Positions 56,300 to 64,000 of a stretch of 64,000 nt of DNA are shown piece after piece. Every line of letters begins with the position of its first letter. The first letter of the stretch is position 1. Made by a program: the position numbers and the translations under genes. The notes below the pieces were generated by a model. The model saw nothing but the letters and a program-made list of their open reading frames with translations, was not told the DNA's origin and searched no databases. The stretch comes from the human T2T-CHM13v2.0 reference genome, Homo sapiens, in the NCBI RefSeq assembly GCF_009914755.1, contig NC_060930.1; one strand, given 5' to 3'.

Positions 56300-58711
56300 C
56301 TCTGCTTCATCTGTCCTGCACCCAGTGGGGTCCAGTGGCTTAGTTATTACACATAGCCATGGCTGGGGGTGAATTTGTATCTGAGGAATTATTTTTGTCT
56401 ATGTAACTTTATTTGACCCTTTAAAGAAATGAATTCATACAATTGTTCCTACACTATGCCTTGATCCTATTAGTTAACATATTCCACTAATATAATCCTT
56501 TAGCTAATACAACCTGTGGCCTTTTAGAGTTATTATCCTAGTACTTCGGTCTTACTTTTTAAAATTTTTATGACTTTTTTTTCCCCTACACTTTTCCACA
56601 GCCTGACTTCTCTAAAGCTCATTCTAATTTATCTTACTCCCAAGACTCATGGACTTTCCTTCACTAGCATGGCTGCCACAAACATATTTAGATTAATATC
56701 TAAATTATAAGACTAAATATTTAACTACATCTGTAACAAACTATTTTAAATAGTGAGCACACATCTGAGTGTACCTGGGAAAGCTTTCTGACTCTTCAAC
56801 ATCCTTAATAATGTGGCTAAATGTCACATTCCTACATTTAATGTATCTTCCCCTGTCCTCTCTCACCCATCACCTGCCATTCAATTCTGATGTTTGTGTC
56901 AAATTTGAGTTATGACTATAGGTAGGTGTTACTTTCAGGAATTATTTAACAAATTTCCCCTAAGTTTTAGTGTCTATGCTTTTTTCAATGTAAAAAAATT
57001 TACTAAGTTGTACATAACAACTCCTTTTCTTCTAGGTTAAACTGAGACTTATTTTCTTAGGCTTTTAACCACAAAAATATAGACCTCTCTAGAAACACTT
57101 CATTTCCAGCCCTAACTTTGTAATCTGTTTTGTTATAACTGATCCAGAGAAAATAAAAATGCCTCATGTTTGAAGTCTACGCTATTCAAGGGTAAACTAT
57201 GTCTCACTTTGAGTCATTTTATATGTTCATTATATCTAGAAAAACAATTTGAATAATAAAAGTGCCAAATGTTAACTCAAGCTATAAACATACAATGGCA
57301 TATTTACATCATATATCAAACTTTTCTAGATTTCTTTTCTTAATGCTTCTCATCCTGCACTAAAATCCTTAACTCATTTGTTTCTTGATTTATGAGATAG
57401 ATTAATTATTTTTGATTAATAAAAATTAGAACCTTTAATTGGACTCTATTTGAGTTTGGTTGCATTAAATGAATCTACTGGTGATCAAAAATATATTTTT
57501 AAAGGGAGTTTAGGGTAATATATCAACAAATGAGGAGCTATAAACATGATTAATATACACATTAGACTTTCCTTATCACATTTTGCTGGCAGTTTTTATC
57601 CGGTCACAGCTGAAATTCCATTGAGTTCTTTCTCCTTTTGTATAAAATACAGATTATGTGGAGACAGCAGTCTGAGCAACTGGAGTTTCATCTTGTCTGC
57701 CCATTAATTATTAATGCTGTTTCAGTATGTCTTATCTATCACTGCTGAGAGATGAAGGGCTGTATTTTTATAGTCATTTTCTAGTAAGAAAACAGGCTGG
57801 ATGGTGACTTTGCACTTGGCAATAGGGAAAGGATCAAAAGTACTTCCATTTTTATGAAAACATTAAAAAAGACTGTTCTAACTCACTAATTTTACTCTTT
57901 CAATGAGGGGTGGTGTGATTTTTGATGAGTAAACCAAAGCTGAGGAAAGCACATATCTCTTTTTACAACTTTTTCAAAATACCATGAACTCAAAGGATTG
58001 AATTCAGGACACTCTGAATATTGGAGATTATACATGGCACAAGTTGTATTGATACATCCATATGAGTAGAATTTAGCTTATGTCTCAATTGCTTGATAAT
58101 GGATTTAATCTTCCTTTTAGGGTACAATGTTATGATTTAGAGCCCGGGCTATAATGGAACGCACACTAGCCAGGTGACCTTGTGCAAGGGACTTGCTGTG
58201 CTAAGTATCAATTCACTCATCTATAGAATGCATGAGGACACTTATTTCACAGGGTGGTAAAAAGGTTAATTAAAATATAGCATTTAAACAGGGTCCAAAC
58301 CATGGTAGTAAGCCCTGACATTTGGGTTCTTTTGTCTGTTTTTTTTACTAAAATCAGTAAAATGTGCTACTCTAACTTTCAACAGGAAATAAAATAAAAA
58401 CAAAAAATGTTGATTCAAAGAGTGTTTCAACAATTTACACTTAATTTAAGCTGGGGGCTTGGAGAGTGTGAAGTGGACAATAAGTTAAATTTTAAGACTA
58501 GAGTTTTCATCTATTCTAATGAATAATAGAAAAGCAGATCTGACTTATTAAGTAGATAAAATTTGGTATATCAAGACATTTTTCTGTGATTACTTGATGA
58601 CCTTAAGTAGATTGCCTTAAATTTTCTTCCATGTTCAATTTCTCCTATATTAAATGTATTGGGGAAACACTTATTAGTGAATGTGTGGAAAATCTCAGAG
58701 CACAGAACACT

Positions 58712-58736
58712 CACACACACACACACACACACACAC
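58712..58736. repeat. (CA)n microsatellite
   Basis: Read directly. Confidence 0.9.
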
Positions 58737-58793
58737 GTGGATTTCTCTGAACATTTACATTTACAATAACAGTATTTTCCCAATTACAGTAAG

Positions 58794-59290
58794 TGTGGCA
58801 GAGACAACTAACTGCCCCCAGGATCCATTTGTCTGTTCATCTCTTTAGTTAGAGAAAACCTACCTTCAAATTTAAATGAGGCTCATGCCCACCCAGGCTT
58901 TCCAGGCCCTTTTTATAGCCATGTGTGACCAGGTGACTCATTTCTTGACATTTAAATGGGAGCGCAAGTGGTGTACATAACTTCTGGCCATGTCCTTGGA
59001 AAGAAAGCTGCTTACCTCCATTTCTTTTCTCCCTTCCCACAGGCTGGATTTAGGATAGTGACCCTACTTCAACCATATAAGCAAGGTTATAATCCTAGGA
59101 ATTTGCAAACAGAAGGAGCCACACAGAAGGAACCTACATCCCTGGATGACACTGAAGACAAGAGGCATTTACCTGCCTACTCCATGGACTGTAAAGTGGA
59201 AAAAATGACCTATAGTTTTTGAGCCATTCCATTTATGTTTTTGTCTTTATTTTGTTTGCAGCAACTTACTTGGATCCAGGTAATCACATC
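58794..59290 (+). mobile_element. MLT1J-class MaLR LTR
   Basis: 'tgtggcagaga..', 'gtgtgaccaggtgactcatttcttgac' and 'cagaaggaacctacatccctggatgac'. Confidence 0.6.
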
Positions 59291-62200
59291 CAACCTAGGG
59301 GTAGGGCCCTTGCTGTGAATGACTAATCAATATTTATAACTTCAAAGACTTGACCTGCTTTAAGGTGCAAATAGCTCTGGTCAATTTTGGTGACTTGTAT
59401 CGGAAGGCAGTTAATCAGGTAAACAAAAGATAGTTTTCAAAGAAAATTTTCTTCAGGAGGAAAATGTTACGGCATTATTTATCCTTTATCTTTTATTGGT
59501 TGGGGAACAAATAGATGAAGGAAGAAAAACTGAGGGCTGTACAAATAGAAACTGCTTGCTGATGCTGTCCTGGCTTCTGTGGTAAGAATGTCTTTTAGAG
59601 ACCCTGGGACAAAAAGCAACACTGAAAAATCTAAGATGTGTGGCAATTCTTTGATATCAAAAATCATTGAATGGTTCTTTTCTAAATTCCTAACTCCCTG
59701 TTTTGCAGACATCACTTCCTGATGACTCTAATTATTTTGTTGTATCACAGTGATGTTTTGCCAGCCAGTAGAAACACAGTATTAGTCCACATAGTAGTAT
59801 TAAAAAAACTTTAAGCTAGGATAAGAACTACGTGTCTTTGAGCTGTCTACACTGAACCTGGTATGTGACATGTTATGATAATAATAATGGTAATGCTAAT
59901 AATAGTAATGATATTACAGGAATAACAAAAGAGTCCTTTCATCTCAAAAGCATGGGTCTAACTTACTCTCTGTGTCTCAAAAGTTTAACATCATTTTTCT
60001 AGTCCGGTAATAGATTGGTTTTGCACCAGGGTAATAGTTCCTCTTAGTTCCCTCTATAATGTGCAGTTGGGAGACACTTGACACTTCCCCCAGCCAGGGG
60101 GATCATATGAAACTGGCCTGCATTTAGTTTTAGCAGAAAAAAAAATCTAAATAATGGAACTAATCATTCAAACTGTAAAAAGTACATATGCAGAATTACT
60201 AGTATTTACTTGATTTTCCTGCCAACCTTCATTATGTTACTTCATAAGAAGATAAGAAAAGGAATATCATTTGTACCTAGATCATTGGATGCACAGTAAT
60301 GCTTAGTTACCAATTCATGACTTTGTGAAAAATATTCCCAAAGGACAGCATACTCTTCCTATGTAACACCACTGAACAAATCACTGCCACATGTGTCCTT
60401 TGGTGTATCTGTGGCCTGAGAATTATTTAAGGGCCAAATTTATATCCTATTCTTTAACTACCAAGTGATCTTCCTTCCCTAATTAAACAGATACTCAGAG
60501 CAACAACTCACAAATGATGTTCTTAAATGACACTAAAAGTCTCAGGCAAGATCTCATTGAACTGTTGCTGAATCCTTGGTTACAGAGTTTTTTCTTTATA
60601 ACATCTGAATTAGTTTCATGGCTGAAACTATAATTGGCCTCTCAAATGTGGTAGTGAGAGATCTGGCTTAGTGACAGAAAGACCAAAATCAGTAAATGAG
60701 GGAAAATAACAACCTAGAGAATAATGACTGAAAGAAGAACATTAATACTAAATAATGAAGAAGAATGTAAACAGATAAGAGACTCAGAAAGCCCTAGATC
60801 TTTAAAAGGCTGAAAGAGGGAGGGCAAAGATAAAAAATGATAAGACCTGTCAAGAAGAACAAAGTCAATGTGTGTACATTATTCAGTTTAAGGAATTAGA
60901 GTCACAAGGTCAAGTGTGGGTAACAGTAAATATGAATGATGAGGAATAAAATAAGTAAAAAGCAAGCTAGTTTCATAAATCAATTCCACAGCAACTTAGC
61001 TGGGGGGAGGTGAAAGGAGAATGGAGGATAACCCATTGGAGCCTGTTGAAATGTCAAGATCTATTACCAATTACTAAATATCAACGTGTTCATGCAAAAT
61101 CCCAGTGTTCAGGGTCATAAAACAGTGCATTCCATGGACCAGTGGGGATTATCTAATTTGCACTTTGAAGTGCACTTAAACAAAACAAGAGAAATCATGG
61201 GCATTTGTAGCAAGAGGAAAACATACATTAGAAGATAAGTAGAATGAAAGAACATATAAGCCCCCATCTCAGCCTATTATCCCAGGATGGTCTCTGAGCC
61301 CACCTTGGAGGGGACCCCATTTCTGCTTCTTTGGCTGTACAATGCCAAGGAAGAAGCTGCTATAAAAGACAAGCAAAGGGGGAGGTCTGGAATGAAGATT
61401 TGGGCAAGAGTCCATACGCCAAGGTTAAGGGCCAGAACTTCTGCTCTTTGCACTCTCCCACTGGGAGCTGTACAGGCAGGAGAAACAGGGATGGGCCCCT
61501 TGGGGAAGAAGGGGACACTAGAGTTGGCCACTAACAACAGATTAAAGCCCAATGTAAACAGTGTGCTGGACACATGTGGGTTGTAGAGAGAGTGGTGATG
61601 AATAAGCCTGTATCCAGGCAAGGACTTCAAACAGGAGGAGGCTGAGCAATGATGAAAATGATTCAGTGCCCTCAGAAATGACTCATGAGAGGAACAGAAT
61701 GTGAAGAAAACAAAGAAGAAATGTCCACATTTATCAAAGCACTTGACAAATGATGGGGGATGCACAATTAGGGAGAGCAAATCATTGGAACAGAGTAAAG
61801 ACAAGAAGGGAGGCCATAGGCAGTCTGAAAAGAAGAAATCCAGGGATGCAAGGGCAGCAGTATCATAGAGTGGATTAATCCGCTCTCACTGAATTATGGT
61901 CAACACAAATTAATCTTGCAGTCCAATTGATTTAACACTGAACTGGACTGTAAAATTCAGGGAATGCTGATTCTGTTTGACTAGCATTGGTCTCTACCTA
62001 TTTTGTGAACATCTCCATTCTCAGGCTCTTTCTCCCTTTAGGTAGGGCTGATCTCCAGCAGGTCTGCTCTGGTAGAGCCTAATCAGGTATATGCCGATGC
62101 CATACCTGACTGGGTAATGTTTATATAATACTTGTTGCTACATGTTTTCGTTATCATTTCTACCTTCAAGTATTCAGATAACATTCTGAACCCATTTGAA

Positions 62201-62744
62201 CTAAACTTTTTTAAATGACCTAATTGATACCTGTGTTTTGGACTAACTATTCTAATCTGTTATCTTTCTCTCTCTCTCTCTTTTTTTTTTTGGTATTGCC
62301 CAATCTTTCTAAATCACTCCTTGTACTATGTCTTCCATGTCTCTGAGTGACTAGAGAGACCAGAGCTTGTAACTGAACATGGCACATGAATAAGGGGGAA
62401 AAATCCAAAACAGGCATTGGTTGTGTTGTTACTGAGGCTTCAGGATGGGTTTGTTACTGCACTGCATAATCTAGCTTATACTGATTGATACATTCACTTT
62501 AAGCTAACGTTGTATAATGTGTATTATAAGTCTGGACCTACAGCCTTCAGTTTTATTCACAAAGAACTATCCATAGAATTAGTACCATATATGATTCTGT
62601 ATGCATATTATAGATAAACCCTAGATCAGATAATAGAGTTTCCCCAATTGTGCATTTAATAATTAAATGAATGTTTGTGGACTAAATGAATGAATGAATG
62701 AAAATGACAATAAAATGGTACCAGGAATCTCTGAAATCTAGCAA

Positions 62745-63130
62745 AATTATTTATAGAATCCTCCCAGCATTTTGTAATTGGAAGGGACTCTAAACACAGC
62801 TACTCCAGTCTCCCATGACATCCCTTCCATGGGTGTATCCAACCTCCCCAAATATTTCCAGTGTCAAGGAGCTCACCACCTTATAGGATAGCCTTGTTTT
62901 GCATGTGGTGAGTTCTGACCCTAACACACATGTGTTTAACTCCTGTAATCTTTGTCTCCACTTAAATGGAATCCCCTGAGAGAATTAACGAATATTTTGT
63001 GTTGAGTTTTATACTCAATGGTGTAGCCAGTTTCCTTTCTTTAGCAACCCAGGGTCCCACACTGAGGCATGATTGGTCTCTCTCAGCACTGTGGTTCCCC
63101 ATTAGAACTTCCACTTCTCACCTTCTCCAG
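62745..63130 (-). mobile_element. L3/CR1 LINE fragment
   Basis: 'ttggaagggactctaaa..' and 'atttccagtgtcaaggagctcaccacctt'. Confidence 0.5.
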
Positions 63131-63644
63131 CCTCTAGTCAAATACACATGTCTGGAGTTATATTTGAAATAACTGTAATAAACGATCTGAACACTTTAAC
63201 ATAGGCTTCTTGGGGAAATGTCTAACCGAGGGAAGTTTTTACTGATATGGACCTACATACCTTAACAGGTAAGAGAGAAAGATACTCGGGGCCAGACAGA
63301 CCCTGTTTGGAGCTCTAATCTTACTATGCAGGCAGCTCTGTGTTGTACATTTGTATAGAGTTTGTTTTCTTTATCTTACTTTGTCCTGACCTTTCACTAG
63401 GTGGAAGATTAGAGCATTTTACTCCCTTGCTTAGCTCCAAATTCTCAGGCATTTATTTTTGAATGTATTTAAACCTCTAGCTAGAGCTTTCAAAAAGTTC
63501 TTTCTCCCTATTAAATATTAAGACCATAAAACAGAAAATGAGTTTTCTTAGATTTGAGAAGTGCACAATTGGTACATCTTAAAACAGCGCGTGCGTGCAT
63601 GTGCACGTGTGTGATGGGGGTTGTGTGTTTTCTGTGAGCAACAG

Positions 63645-63830
63645 TTGTAATGGAGGTTCAGTGGGAAGAGTCTGAGCATTGGAGTCACAAGGCCCAAGGT
63701 TTGAATCCTAGCATATGAACCTTTGAGGAAGTCACTACTTTGAGTTTCGGTTTCTTCATCTGTAAAGTGGGTCTAATGATATCACATTCTAGGATGGTTT
63801 TGAAACTCAAATATTCCTGGCACAAGAGGA
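63645..63830 (+). mobile_element. MIR SINE
   Basis: 'cagtgggaagag..ttggagtcac..ggtttgaatcctagc..cggtttcttcatctgtaaagtggg'. Confidence 0.75.
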
Positions 63831-64000
63831 GCACAAAGTCAATATTTATTTCCTCTTTCTATCCAAGAGGAACTTTTGTGGGAAAACTTTCTCATTATAA
63901 ATCGCTAATTTTCTTTAAAAATAGATCTTCATTGTTCAATGAAGCTAAGAAGAAGAGTAAACACATACTTAGCCCGAGATAAGTATATAACACATATGCA

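Noticed and set aside
61277-61804. 175-aa minus-strand ORF
   Set aside because: Non-ATG start, no recognisable domain, Leu/Phe/Ser/His-rich as expected from the antisense of purine-rich, probably L2-derived DNA; no splice or promoter support

Overview
Gene-poor, AT-rich primate genomic DNA (probably human or great ape, given AluJ/S, THE1 and L1PA3/4-like elements); intergenic or deep intronic. I find no credible host protein-coding exon, RNA gene or CpG island, and cannot name the locus. Every long ORF with a recognisable product is a LINE-1 ORF1/ORF2 remnant. The 10.4-30.2 kb region is one ancient near-full-length L1 (L1MB-type 3' end) split by six later insertions. The 42-46 kb region is a full THE1 MaLR carrying an L1PA and an AluSc. 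The most unusual signals are molecular fossils of DNA repair and retrotransposition. (1) A ~277-bp copy of sequence from 1.8 kb upstream is pasted into an AluJ with 3-nt microhomology at both ends. (2) That AluJ and an L1PB1 fragment share one triplicated target site, and the L1 carries a 16-nt 5' micro-inversion. (3) Two inverted L1PA copies ~27 kb apart share four non-consensus bases, suggesting ectopic gene conversion. (4) An end-less MLT1 fragment sits between 14-bp direct repeats. (5) There are several small snap-back templated insertions. Candidate regulatory elements are NF-kB/GATA/ETS clusters (31-33 kb, 40.7-40.9 kb) and DUX4 motifs in both LTRs of the full THE1. Subfamily names come from recalled consensus sequences and need RepeatMasker/Dfam confirmation. 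I see no evidence of a new gene system.
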